Shown: one piece after another, positions 45,902 to 55,111 of the stretch
How positions within the stretch are numbered: the first letter of the stretch is position 1
How the letters are laid out: every line of letters starts with the position of its first letter
Assembly: GCA_963847625.1 (NCBI GenBank)
Contig: CAWKAR010000039.1
Location: 160,001-224,000 of the forward strand
DNA from: a candidate division FCPU426 bacterium
Lineage (GTDB): Bacteria > Oederibacteriota > Muellerivitia > Muellerivitales > Muellerivitaceae
Length of the DNA stretch: 64,000 nucleotides
Direction: 5' to 3'
Notes under the pieces: model-generated
The model's database searches: none
What the model was told of the DNA's origin: nothing
Seen by the model: only the letters and a program-made list of their open reading frames with translations
Made by a program: the position numbers and the translations under genes

Positions 45902-46487
45902 TGTTTTCCCCTTCCTCCGTATAGACGCTTCCCGGCTCTAGGAAGTGTCGGAGATTGCCCTGCAAATGCTTACGGGCCCGCGCCAGGCGGCCCTTGACCG
46001 CGTCCAGGGAGCAACCCAAAATAGCCGCGATTTCCTGGTATTCCAGGCTGTTGGCCTCGCGGAGGGTCAGGATCGTCCGGTAATCCGACGGAAGGGTTGA
46101 AAGTATTTTATCAGCCAGATCCCGGTTCTCCAGCGCGGAACTTTCCACCCGGTTTGAGGCGAAAAGGCCCTCGATTCGGGAACCTTCCTCCTCGATCAGG
46201 GCGTCCAGGGAGACGGTTTTTCGCCGGTTTTTCTTTCGCAGGATATCCAGGCAGTGGTTGGCCGTGATGCGGTAAAGCCAGGTCGAGAAGGCGGAATTGC
46301 CCTTGAAACGGCCCAGGGAATTGTAAGCCTTCACGAAAATATCCTGGACCGCCTCCTCCGCGTCGGTGCGGTTGGAAAGCATGGAAAGGCAATAGCCCAG
46401 GACTTTCTTATGATACTCGCGGATAAAGTCCCCATAGGCCTCGGTATGGCCGGCCTTGATTTGTTTTATTATTTCTTTGTCGTTCAT
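45891..46487 (-). CDS. ECF RNA polymerase sigma factor
   Basis: DAEEAVQDIF, FSTWLYRIT.NHC.D, LEYQEIA.ILG..L.AVK.RL.RAR. Confidence 0.95.
   Translation of the reverse strand: MNDKEIIKQIKAGHTEAYGDFIREYHKKVLGYCLSMLSNRTDAEEAVQDIFVKAYNSLGRFKGNSAFSTWLYRITANHCLDILRKKNRRKTVSLDALIEEEGSRIEGLFASNRVESSALENRDLADKILSTLPSDYRTILTLREANSLEYQEIAAILGCSLDAVKGRLARARKHLQGNLRHFLEPGSVYTEEGENNES
45922..45950 (-). promoter_or_regulatory. Putative ECF promoter CGACAC-N17-CGTCTA inside the 3' end of the sigma gene
   Basis: Hexamers and spacing identical to 46514-46542; lies just upstream of the anti-sigma RBS. Confidence 0.65.
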
Positions 46488-46513
46488 GGATTATAGGAGG
46501 CATCGCTTTTCTT

Positions 46514-46542
46514 TAGACGATTAGGGAGCGCCGGGTGTGTCG
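46514..46542 (-). promoter_or_regulatory. Putative autoregulatory ECF promoter CGACAC-N17-CGTCTA
   Basis: 26 nt upstream of the sigma ATG; a CGTC-type -10 is typical of ECF promoters. Confidence 0.65.
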
Positions 46543-46654
46543 GGTTCAATTTTACCAACCCTTTCTCCGAAAAAGCCACGAAATGGCGGCACAACTCTTA
46601 TCTTTCATTATAATAAGCCCTTATTCCTTCATCCCGGCTCAAGGGAAGGCTCCA

Positions 46655-46804
46655 GTGGGTCTGGTTTTGACCTCGCAAGAAAAGAAAGTCTTGGGGTTTA
46701 TCCTTTTGCTAGCCCTATTAGGGTTGGGAGTGCTGGCTTATCGGCACTGGGTAAGCCCGGCCCCACCCGGTCCAAGGGAAACCGGCATGACTCAAATGAA
46801 GTAG
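46655..46804 (+). CDS. Small (49 aa) single-TM membrane protein
   Basis: GTG after AAGGGAAGG; LTSQEKKVLGFILLLALLGLGVLAYR. Confidence 0.55.
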   Translation: MGLVLTSQEKKVLGFILLLALLGLGVLAYRHWVSPAPPGPRETGMTQMK

Positions 46805-46824
46805 TTTCAATAAAGGAAGCAAAC

Positions 46825-48966
46825 TTGCGAAAAGTCGTCTCCTTGAATGGAAAATGGAAATTCACCCGCTTAGCCGAGTCGACTCTTGAAAAGCAGTCGG
46901 TACCGGTTGGGAATCCCAAGAGCCGCACCATCCAGGTGCCGGCCAATTGGTACTTGCAGGGGGAGAATTTCGCGGGAGAAGCCCTCTATGAAAGGGAATT
47001 CAAGGCGCCTGAGCTTCGGCAAGGACAGGCGGCGTTCCTGAGATTCAAGGGAGCTGATTATTTCCTCAAGGCCGAGTTGAATGGCCGGTTGTTGGGCCGC
47101 CATGAGGGGTATTTCCAATCCTTCGAGTTTAAGGCGACCCACGCCCTCCAGAAAAAAAACAAATTAAAGGTATGGGTGGAGTCCCCCAAGGAAAATTCCA
47201 AGGTCTGGCCGCACGAGAAGCACCTGATCAAGGGCATTTTCAACCACCATGACGCCAGGCCTGGCAGTTGGGATCAGGAACACGGCCAGGATTTAAATAC
47301 CGGGGGGCTGTGGAACGGGGTGGAACTCCTCATCGTGGACCATCTTTTCCTGGAACGTTGCCAAGTTACCCCGGCGCTCTTATCCAACCGCCAGGCGGTG
47401 GTGAACCTGAAACTGGACCTCGTCAACGCAGGCGAGCCGGGTTCCTATGGCGTGGAAGTGGATTTCCGCGGGGTGGGATTTCCCGGCCGATGGACCGTCC
47501 GGAAAAATGTCAGGTTGCCGCGGGGCCGGACCGAGGTTCGCCTCAGCCAAAAATTCCCCAAACCCAGGCTTTGGTGGACCTGGGACCAGGGGGAACCCAG
47601 CCTTTACCGCGCATCCATCCTTCTGCGACGATCTAAGGACCGACGGGTGGTGGAGAGGGGAGAGACGCGTTTTGGCATCCGCGAGATCCGCGTGTCCAAA
47701 AAATGGGAGTTTTTTCTCAACGGCCGCAAGTTCTTTCCCCGCGGGACCAATATCATTCCCACCCAATGGCTTTCCGAATACACCCGCGATCGGGCCAACC
47801 GGGACGTAAAAATGATGAAGCAGGCCGGGTTGAACGCAGTGCGGGTGCATGCACACGTCAACCGGGAGGAATTCTACTCGTCCTGCGACGAAGCGGGGCT
47901 TTTCGTGTGGCAGGACTTCGCCTTGCAGTGGAGCTACGAGCGGACTAAAGCCTTTACCCGGAACGCATGCCGCCAGATCCGGGAAATGGTGCGCCAGTTA
48001 TACAACCATCCCTCCCTCCTGGTCTGGTGCTGCCACAACGAACCCTCGGTGAACCGCCACGAGCTGGACCCGGTCCTGGCGCGGGCGGTGAAGAAGGAAG
48101 ACATGAGCCGCCATGTGGACACGGCCAGCGATTTTCTCTATCACCCCTACCCTGGTTGGTATTGGGAGGATACGGTCCTGCGGGACGTCACGCCGGGGGC
48201 TGTGGGCGCGGACGCGCCTTTTTATTCTGAGTTCGGGGCCCAGGCCTTGCCGGGGGTTAAAACCCTGAGAAAAATGTTCAAACCCCGGGAACTCTGGCCG
48301 CCGGATTTCAAGAAGTGGGCGTTCCATGATTTCCAGTACTTCCAGACGTTCAACGTGGCCCGGATTCAAATGGGAAAATCCATCGGGGAGTTCGTGAAAA
48401 ACAGCCAGGACTACCAGGCCCACCTGGTGAAAGAATACATCCAGAGCATCCGGCTTAAGAAGTACCAACCCATGAACGGATATTTTCATTTCATGTTCGT
48501 GGATTGCTGGCCGGCCATCACCTGGAGTGTGGTGGATTATTTCCGTAATCCCAAGGAGGGCTACCGGGCCCTGCAAGAGGCGTCCCAGCCCCTCCTGCCG
48601 CTCTGGCGCCCCTTAGCGAACCGGTTTAATCCCGGGGATATGCTATTCTGGGGCGACTCACTCCTGAAGGAACTGGTGCTGATCAATGATTTTGGAAAGT
48701 CTCTCAAGGGTTTGAGGGTGGAGGCCCGGGTGGTGGATTCTGGGGGCCGGATTCTTTTCCGGGAGAAAAAAACCTGCGGGGTGAAAGCCGATTGCGTGGT
48801 CAGACCGTTTGAAAACCAGGAACGTCTGAACCATAAGCAAAGCTTTAAACTGCCCTCAAGGGGCTCCACCGGGATATACCGGGCGGAGTTCAAGGTATGG
48901 GACAGGGCGGGAAAGCTTCTCGCGCATAACGAGAGAGAATTCGAAGTCGTGGCAAAAATACATTAA
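46825..48966 (+). CDS. GH2 beta-mannosidase-like hydrolase (no signal peptide)
   Basis: TTG at 46825 after AAGGA; RGTNIIP, NAVRVHAH, CDEAGL.VWQDF, YNHPS...WCCHNEP, SEFGAQ, WSVVDY. Confidence 0.85.
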   Translation: MRKVVSLNGKWKFTRLAESTLEKQSVPVGNPKSRTIQVPANWYLQGENFAGEALYEREFKAPELRQGQAAFLRFKGADYFLKAELNGRLLGRHEGYFQSFEFKATHALQKKNKLKVWVESPKENSKVWPHEKHLIKGIFNHHDARPGSWDQEHGQDLNTGGLWNGVELLIVDHLFLERCQVTPALLSNRQAVVNLKLDLVNAGEPGSYGVEVDFRGVGFPGRWTVRKNVRLPRGRTEVRLSQKFPKPRLWWTWDQGEPSLYRASILLRRSKDRRVVERGETRFGIREIRVSKKWEFFLNGRKFFPRGTNIIPTQWLSEYTRDRANRDVKMMKQAGLNAVRVHAHVNREEFYSSCDEAGLFVWQDFALQWSYERTKAFTRNACRQIREMVRQLYNHPSLLVWCCHNEPSVNRHELDPVLARAVKKEDMSRHVDTASDFLYHPYPGWYWEDTVLRDVTPGAVGADAPFYSEFGAQALPGVKTLRKMFKPRELWPPDFKKWAFHDFQYFQTFNVARIQMGKSIGEFVKNSQDYQAHLVKEYIQSIRLKKYQPMNGYFHFMFVDCWPAITWSVVDYFRNPKEGYRALQEASQPLLPLWRPLANRFNPGDMLFWGDSLLKELVLINDFGKSLKGLRVEARVVDSGGRILFREKKTCGVKADCVVRPFENQERLNHKQSFKLPSRGSTGIYRAEFKVWDRAGKLLAHNEREFEVVAKIH

Positions 48967-49033
48967 AATCAACCTGGTGCGGACCGGCCGATTCGGTCCG
49001 GGATCCAGGGATGGTGCTAAAAAGGCGGATCGA

Positions 49034-50377
49034 ATGAATCGAAATATCTGTTTTAAGGCCGTGGGTTTACTCCTCTTTGGGGCCGGTTTCCTCTTGGCGG
49101 CCGAGGGGACGGTGGAAGTCATCAAGGATGTTCCCTCCACTTACATGTATCCCTCAGGCGGGTTCCTGCCCTTCAATATCCACCGGGGCACCCAGACCAT
49201 GCTTTCCTTGATGCTTCCCGGCTGCTCCTTCAACGACCCGCGGGGAGTGGCTTGCGCGCTTTTAAAGAAAGATCACGACCCTGGGGCGCCCCAAAACGAC
49301 GTGGTGGTTACCTGCATCGGGGTTAACTCGGGAGCCGGGGAGATCGTCTACAACGTGGGATTGAAGGATTTGCGGAGGTTCGGCTCCCCCGGGCATGGTG
49401 AGAAGCAGTTTTTCGCTCCTAACGGCGTGGCCATCCATTCCAACGGCAGTGTGGCTGTCGCCGACACTGGAAACAACCGCATCGCGCTTCTTCACCACGA
49501 CGGCATGAGGATCGCCTGGGTCAAGGCGGTGGGCAAGAGGGGAAACCTGCCCGGGGAATTCACGTCCCCCATGGGGGTGGCCTATGATTCCCAGGGACGG
49601 CTTTACATCGCCGACACGGGGAACAACCGCATCCAGGTCATGGACCCCAAGGGGCACTGCCATGTCCTTTCCACCCCCGCGCTGGAGGGCCCCTCGGCCC
49701 TGGCGGTGATCGACTCCAAGGAAGACTGGACTTTCTACCAGTCGGGGCCTTACGCGGACCGCATCGCGGTCATCGATCGAAAGGGAACCCGCCTGCAAAC
49801 CCTGACCCTGGACGGCGCTCCCCTGACCCAAACCGCGGCGGACCCCTCGGCAGAATCCCCGGTTAAATTATGGGGTTGTGCCTTCGACTATTACGGCAAC
49901 GTGGTCGCTACGGACATTTCCAAATCCTGCCTGAGGAAGTTCGACAAGGACCTGCGTTTCGTGGTCTCCTTCGGAAGGCCGGGGGAGGGGGATTACCAGT
50001 TCCTGGAACCCCGGGGCATCGCCTTCAACCACCAGTTCGGCCAGGTGCTGGTGGCCGACAAGGAATGCGTGCATTATTTCTGGAACGGCACCGACGCCGT
50101 CGACTTGAAAGTGGAACCGGAGGACAAGGGATACAAATTCCACTATCTCCTGACCGAAAGGGCTTATGTCACGGCCGAGATCAGGGACTCCCAGGGAAAA
50201 ACCATGAAAACCCTGGGCCAAAACCATGACTTGGAGGAGGGTACGCAGGTACTGGACTGGTACCCGGACCCTTCGGTTTCGAAGGGGGACTATGTCCTCT
50301 ACTTGAGGCTCATGGCGACCTATTCCTCGCGGGACCGCATCGCCAAGGAGATCGACCTGCCGGTTTCCTACCATTAA
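49034..50377 (+). CDS. Secreted NHL-repeat beta-propeller protein with a C-terminal FlgD-Ig-like domain
   Basis: Signal peptide; repeated F..P.GVA....G...VADTGNNRI; C-terminal V.AEIRD..G...KTL......G...L.W. Confidence 0.8.
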   Translation: MNRNICFKAVGLLLFGAGFLLAAEGTVEVIKDVPSTYMYPSGGFLPFNIHRGTQTMLSLMLPGCSFNDPRGVACALLKKDHDPGAPQNDVVVTCIGVNSGAGEIVYNVGLKDLRRFGSPGHGEKQFFAPNGVAIHSNGSVAVADTGNNRIALLHHDGMRIAWVKAVGKRGNLPGEFTSPMGVAYDSQGRLYIADTGNNRIQVMDPKGHCHVLSTPALEGPSALAVIDSKEDWTFYQSGPYADRIAVIDRKGTRLQTLTLDGAPLTQTAADPSAESPVKLWGCAFDYYGNVVATDISKSCLRKFDKDLRFVVSFGRPGEGDYQFLEPRGIAFNHQFGQVLVADKECVHYFWNGTDAVDLKVEPEDKGYKFHYLLTERAYVTAEIRDSQGKTMKTLGQNHDLEEGTQVLDWYPDPSVSKGDYVLYLRLMATYSSRDRIAKEIDLPVSYH

Positions 50378-50395
50378 TTTTAGCTGGAGGGGTTC

Positions 50396-50884
50396 ATGTC
50401 CCATAAGTCCTGTTTTCTCGGGTTTTTAATCCTTTCGCTTTCGGGGTTCGCCGGGTGCACCCAGGGACCGCCCCCCGTCATAGACGGGAGCAGCATCAAT
50501 CTCGACGAGGCCAAGAGCGTCGCCAACACGGTGGCGGCTGATCTCATAGCGGATAACGCCAAGGACCTTTTCCTTCACCTGGACGAGGGTTTTCTCACCG
50601 TTGTGAGCAATGATAAAGATCTGGAAAAAGTCATGCAAAAATTGTATGCCGATTACGGCAGACCTACCAGTTGCGAGCCCAAGACCTACGGAAACGGTGT
50701 GCGCGTCGACGGTATACACAAAAGGCCTAAGAAGATTATTACCTACGCGATTACAACCACCAAGCTCTCAAAAGGTTATTACCTCAAGGTGGAGGTGGCT
50801 CCGGCCCTGAATGGGGTCCATCTGGTTGTTACCGGATTCGGCATTTTCGACCTTCGGAATAAAAAGTCGCCCTTTTTGCAATAA
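50396..50884 (+). CDS. Hypothetical lipoprotein
   Basis: GGAGG RBS; lipobox FAGC. Confidence 0.7.
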   Translation: MSHKSCFLGFLILSLSGFAGCTQGPPPVIDGSSINLDEAKSVANTVAADLIADNAKDLFLHLDEGFLTVVSNDKDLEKVMQKLYADYGRPTSCEPKTYGNGVRVDGIHKRPKKIITYAITTTKLSKGYYLKVEVAPALNGVHLVVTGFGIFDLRNKKSPFLQ

Positions 50885-50923
50885 AGCTGTGGCGTTGGGA
50901 CTTTGTTATAAAAGAGTGCTTCC

Positions 50924-51442
50924 ATGCGAAAGACCAAAGATCGATTTTTTTTCCGGGGGCGAAAGTTGTTTTGGGCGGCGGCAGCCGCTGCAATATTACT
51001 AACGGCAGGCGTCTTTTCGGCTCTATTGAAATCCAGAAATCCCGAAAACGTCGATCGGGTCCAATGGGTTTCGATCGCTGAGGCCGAAAAGGAGTTTCAA
51101 AAGGGCGGAAAGCCGATTTTATATGAGTTTTCCTCCGAATGGTGCGGACCCTGCCAGGCGATGAAAAGGGAAGTGTTTGGGGACAAGGCCACGGCGGATT
51201 GGATCAACCTCCATTTCATTCCCGTCAAATTGGTGGACCGGACGAGGGAGGACGGGGGGAACCGGTCGGAAGTGAGGGAACTCCAACAAAAGTATCAGAT
51301 TCAGCAAATTCCAACGATCATTGTTCGTTTACCCCATGGCAGCTTTGGGACCAATATAGGATTCCAGGGCTTAGAAGCTATCCGGCGTTACCTGCAGGAA
51401 CAGTTGGACGAGTTCAACCGGCAAATCCAAGGGAAGGGTTAA
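50924..51442 (+). CDS. Membrane-anchored thioredoxin-family protein
   Basis: N-terminal TM; WCGPC; cis-Pro motif IPT. Confidence 0.85.
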   Translation: MRKTKDRFFFRGRKLFWAAAAAAILLTAGVFSALLKSRNPENVDRVQWVSIAEAEKEFQKGGKPILYEFSSEWCGPCQAMKREVFGDKATADWINLHFIPVKLVDRTREDGGNRSEVRELQQKYQIQQIPTIIVRLPHGSFGTNIGFQGLEAIRRYLQEQLDEFNRQIQGKG

Positions 51443-51577
51443 TCCCATTCCGCAAGTTATGGATCGAGAGCCTTCTTTCGACGGTTTGAGTTTCAAACAA
51501 AGATAATGCCTGTGAGTTTCTCCCGGATTCACCGTAGACAAGTCGGTCGAATCGCCATTCATTGAAGGAAACCCGTT

Positions 51578-53920
51578 ATGAGGCATTGGATTTATTTCCT
51601 TGTTTTGGGAATGGTGTTGGTTCCTGCACGGTATTTTCAGGCGCGATATTCATTTGAATCCCAGCGGCAAGTATTTCCGGAACCCTGTAAAGGCCTTTTC
51701 CTAGTTCAAGTGGGGGAAGAACCGGAGGTGCTTTTCGACCATTCGGCGGGAAGCCATGACACGGGAAGGCTGGGTGGTTACTACCAGCCTTTTGTTCGGG
51801 AGGTTCGCGCAGTCTGCGAGGTCCTTTCCCGCGATGGGGTCAGGACCCCGTCCGTAAAAGCCCGGTGCGCTTTCCTTTTATCCGCCGACCATCCCCGTTC
51901 AACCCTGGCCTACGGCGACACGGTTGAAATCGAGGGTAAGATCCAATATCCTGCTTCGGCCCGGAACCCCGGCCAGTTCGATTACGCCCACTACTTGAAA
52001 ACCAAAGGGGTGGCCTACGTGATCTACGGCGCCCCGGGTTGTTGGAATCTCCTTAAATCCGAAAAGACGATCAGGAACCCTTTTCTGGCGTCTTCCTTTG
52101 GGATGAAGCGCTGGGCCGAGGACGCCCTCTACCGATACCTTCCTTTTCCCGAGAACGCCCTATTAACCGGCATCCTTTTGGGCGAAAGGGGGCCACTCCC
52201 CTCGGACATGACCGAGGCCTTTATGGTAACCGGCACCGTGCATATCCTGGCGGTCTCGGGCATGGTTACCGCCTTCCTGGCCGGGCTTTTTTTCCTCATT
52301 TTCCGGGCGCTCCAATTCGGGCGCAAGTGGGCGGCGGCCTTGTCCCTGGCCGCCCTTCTTTTTTTCATCTTTATGACGGGAGCCCATCCCCCGGTCTGCC
52401 GGGCGGGGCTTTTTTCCGCCCTGGCCCTGACCGGAGTGCTTTTGGAAAGGAAAATCCACGGCGGGACACTGCTCCTGGCGACGGCCCTCCTGCTCGCGGT
52501 GATAAACCCTTTCGTGTTGGAAGACCTTTCCTTTCAAATATCCTTCCTGGCCACGGCGGGTTTGATGGTCCTGGCTTCCCGGTTCCTGGAAATGGGTTCC
52601 TTCATATGGAAACCCGCGGCCCTGCTCATTTCCACGACCGCGGCGGCCCAGGTATCCGTGTGGTGTCTCATCATCCATTCCTTCAATCAATCTTCCCCTT
52701 ATTCGTTGTTGGCCAACCTCCTCATCGTTCCATTGGCCCTTTTTTCCGTGGCGGGAGGCCTGGCCATGCTCATAGGCTGTTGGATCCATCCTTTGATGGG
52801 GGTGGTGTTCGGTTCGGCCTGTGAGATACCCCTCCGGTTTTTGATTGTCCTGGCGGATTGGATCGCCAAACTTCCCTGCGCCAACACCATCGTGGCTTCA
52901 CCGCCAGTGGCCTGGACCCTTTGTTTCCATTTTTTATTGCTGGCTTTCTTCGCGGCTTTTTGGCCGGTGCCGGAACCCGAAAATCCTTCTCCGGCCTGGA
53001 AAAAAAGGCGGGGTCTTTTTCAGAGGGCCCAAAGAATGGTCTGCACGGCTTGGATCCTTTTCCTGGCCCTCTCGACGGGGATAGGACTGGCTTCAACCCT
53101 CAGGACGCAGCCTTGGCGCATGGCCTTTCTTTCGATGGGACATGGCAACGCCCTGGTCCTGAGGACTCCCCATGGGAAGGTCCTTGTTTTCGACGGAGGC
53201 CGGGAAACTCACGGTCCCGACCGTTATCACCCCCTGGTGGCGTACCTTCGCCACCTGGGCATTAGGAAAGTGGATGCGGTTTTCAACACGCATCCGGACG
53301 AGGACCATGTGGGAGGGTTGGCCAACCTGCTGGCGGCTTATCCTGTCGGGGAAGCCTTTGAGGGGAACGGAGCAAGATCAGCTTCAGCCATTTACCGAAG
53401 GTTTGAGGCGTTGCTCAAGGAAAAGAGAATACGCCATGAGGAACTCAAAATGGGGGATATTCCATTCGAAACGGACCAAACCCAAGTGTTAATGCTGCAC
53501 CCATCCCCTTCCTTCCATCCCCTCCACCAACCGGACAACAACCGCTCCATGGTTTCCGAGGTCGATTTCCCCTTTGGGGGAAGGAACTTCACCCTGATCC
53601 TCCCCGGAGACCTGGAAAGAGAGGGTTTGACGGAACTATTAAGGACCCACCGGCCCTTTCCGAAGGTAGACTGGCTTTTGGCGCCGCACCACGGACGATG
53701 GAGTGGAGCTCAGGACCTTTGCGCATCCAGCATGAAGCCCCATTTCACGGTTTTGAGCGACTGGAGAGATTATCCGGATGATCACGACCTATACAAAGCG
53801 TCGGTGCCGGATGCGGTTGTTTTATCCACCGCGCGGGAAGGTTCCATTGAGGTGGAAGTTTGGCCTGCGGGGTGGGGCCGCTACCGGACTTTTCAGGATA
53901 AAAAATGGAAAAGTTTTTAA
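51578..53920 (+). CDS. comEC: DNA uptake competence protein ComEC/Rec2
   Basis: RNPGQFDY..YL, GTVHILAVSG, FQISF.AT, metallo-beta-lactamase THPDEDHVGG, APHHG. Confidence 0.93.
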   Translation: MRHWIYFLVLGMVLVPARYFQARYSFESQRQVFPEPCKGLFLVQVGEEPEVLFDHSAGSHDTGRLGGYYQPFVREVRAVCEVLSRDGVRTPSVKARCAFLLSADHPRSTLAYGDTVEIEGKIQYPASARNPGQFDYAHYLKTKGVAYVIYGAPGCWNLLKSEKTIRNPFLASSFGMKRWAEDALYRYLPFPENALLTGILLGERGPLPSDMTEAFMVTGTVHILAVSGMVTAFLAGLFFLIFRALQFGRKWAAALSLAALLFFIFMTGAHPPVCRAGLFSALALTGVLLERKIHGGTLLLATALLLAVINPFVLEDLSFQISFLATAGLMVLASRFLEMGSFIWKPAALLISTTAAAQVSVWCLIIHSFNQSSPYSLLANLLIVPLALFSVAGGLAMLIGCWIHPLMGVVFGSACEIPLRFLIVLADWIAKLPCANTIVASPPVAWTLCFHFLLLAFFAAFWPVPEPENPSPAWKKRRGLFQRAQRMVCTAWILFLALSTGIGLASTLRTQPWRMAFLSMGHGNALVLRTPHGKVLVFDGGRETHGPDRYHPLVAYLRHLGIRKVDAVFNTHPDEDHVGGLANLLAAYPVGEAFEGNGARSASAIYRRFEALLKEKRIRHEELKMGDIPFETDQTQVLMLHPSPSFHPLHQPDNNRSMVSEVDFPFGGRNFTLILPGDLEREGLTELLRTHRPFPKVDWLLAPHHGRWSGAQDLCASSMKPHFTVLSDWRDYPDDHDLYKASVPDAVVLSTAREGSIEVEVWPAGWGRYRTFQDKKWKSF

Positions 53921-54051
53921 CTTGCCGTGTTCGGCGCACTGTGTCCATTTGGCACGGCTGAAGTTGAACTACTTAGATGGAACCCCCAAAAGGGTTTGGA
54001 AAAAAACATGTTGATCCGGCAAAAAAGAGGGAAGTCCCTGTTTTACGACCG

Positions 54052-54081
54052 TTGACATGGATTTTAGTTACACCTTATAAT
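54052..54081 (+). promoter_or_regulatory. Consensus sigma70 promoter TTGACA-N18-TATAAT, probably driving a leaderless mRNA
   Basis: Perfect hexamers; ATG lies 7 nt after the -10; no SD sequence. Confidence 0.8.
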
Positions 54082-54088
54082 CTACCCA

Positions 54089-54448
54089 ATGAAGCTGACC
54101 CTACAAGATGTAGTAAGAGGCATCGCCAAGGCGACAAAACTCGCCCTTCCTGAGGCTAATGTCGTTGCCCATAAAATCCTTTCCACACTGGAGGAGGGGA
54201 TTATATGCGGAAAACGGATAGAAATAAGGGATTTCGGGGTTTTTCAAACGAAAACCGTATCCGGGAAAAAAGGCCGGGATATGGCCAGGAACCTTACCAT
54301 GTTCCTTCCCGCCTATAAAAAACTTTCCTTCCGGGCCGGAAAAAACATCCGCAACCTTTTCCGCGACTTTCGGGGGGATCCGGAACCGGCTATGGACGCC
54401 GATGGCCAGTTGGAAATGCACATCCTCAAGGATGTGGTCAACCGGTAA
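54089..54448 (+). CDS. HU/IHF-family DNA-binding protein (atypical)
   Basis: G.RIEIRDFGVF and PA.K..SFRAGK motifs. Confidence 0.85.
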   Translation: MKLTLQDVVRGIAKATKLALPEANVVAHKILSTLEEGIICGKRIEIRDFGVFQTKTVSGKKGRDMARNLTMFLPAYKKLSFRAGKNIRNLFRDFRGDPEPAMDADGQLEMHILKDVVNR

Positions 54449-54505
54449 GACGGGGAACAAGGGGCTTGTTTTCCGCTTTTGGAATAAGAGAAGAAGGAGG
54501 TTTCG

Positions 54506-55006
54506 GTGGCTACGACGATCCATTATTTCGGAAAAATCAGGAATCGGGAAGCCATCGGGGAAATCCAGGAGGAATTCCGGGAAATTGCCCAGGTGAGCGG
54601 CTGGCTGCATGAAACCGTGGACCATGTTTTTACCCAGGAGGGCGACGCTTCCCCCATACGCTTGAGTCTGAAGGGTATCCGGGTGACTCTAAATAATAAC
54701 GTAGGCCCCTTGCAATTGACTTTTGATAAGGACTGCTACCTGTCCCATATCTATTACGAGAAGCCGTCCGTTTCCCTCCGCCGCCAGGGAACCCATCCGG
54801 CCCCCCGGCAGTTTCTACACCAAGTTCATACCAGCGCCAGCCTGCGCCAGTGCGATCCCCCTTCTCACATCACGCTCGTTAAGCTTCTGGACTATGTGAA
54901 GAAACGATTCGTGCCCAATCTGGAAGTCATCGATAATACCGGATATTGGTATTCCCGCGATGAATCGGTATTGTCGCCCAAACAGCTGGAACTGGCAAAA
55001 AAGTAA
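54506..55006 (+). CDS. Hypothetical protein
   Basis: GTG after AAGGAGG; 166-aa globular-looking ORF followed by a terminator. Confidence 0.75.
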   Translation: MATTIHYFGKIRNREAIGEIQEEFREIAQVSGWLHETVDHVFTQEGDASPIRLSLKGIRVTLNNNVGPLQLTFDKDCYLSHIYYEKPSVSLRRQGTHPAPRQFLHQVHTSASLRQCDPPSHITLVKLLDYVKKRFVPNLEVIDNTGYWYSRDESVLSPKQLELAKK

Positions 55007-55021
55007 GGACGGCGGTTCGTC

Positions 55022-55053
55022 AGCCCTTTTGGCCCGTCCAAAAGGGCTTTTTT
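55022..55053 (+). terminator. Rho-independent terminator
   Basis: agcccttttgg-cccgt-ccaaaagggct followed by a T run. Confidence 0.85.
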
Positions 55054-55111
55054 GTTTCAGGAAAAACCGGTTATGCGGGTGGCGGGACCTTTCCTGGAAA
55101 GCGAGTTCTGT

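Noticed and set aside
46537..46824. Long N-terminal extension of the GH2 mannosidase (likewise the extensions from 28127 and 36178)
   Set aside because: Better RBS-supported starts lie downstream, and the extensions overlap other genes or promoters.
53950..53970. Sigma54 promoter (TGGCAC)
   Set aside because: No TTGC -12 element at the required spacing.
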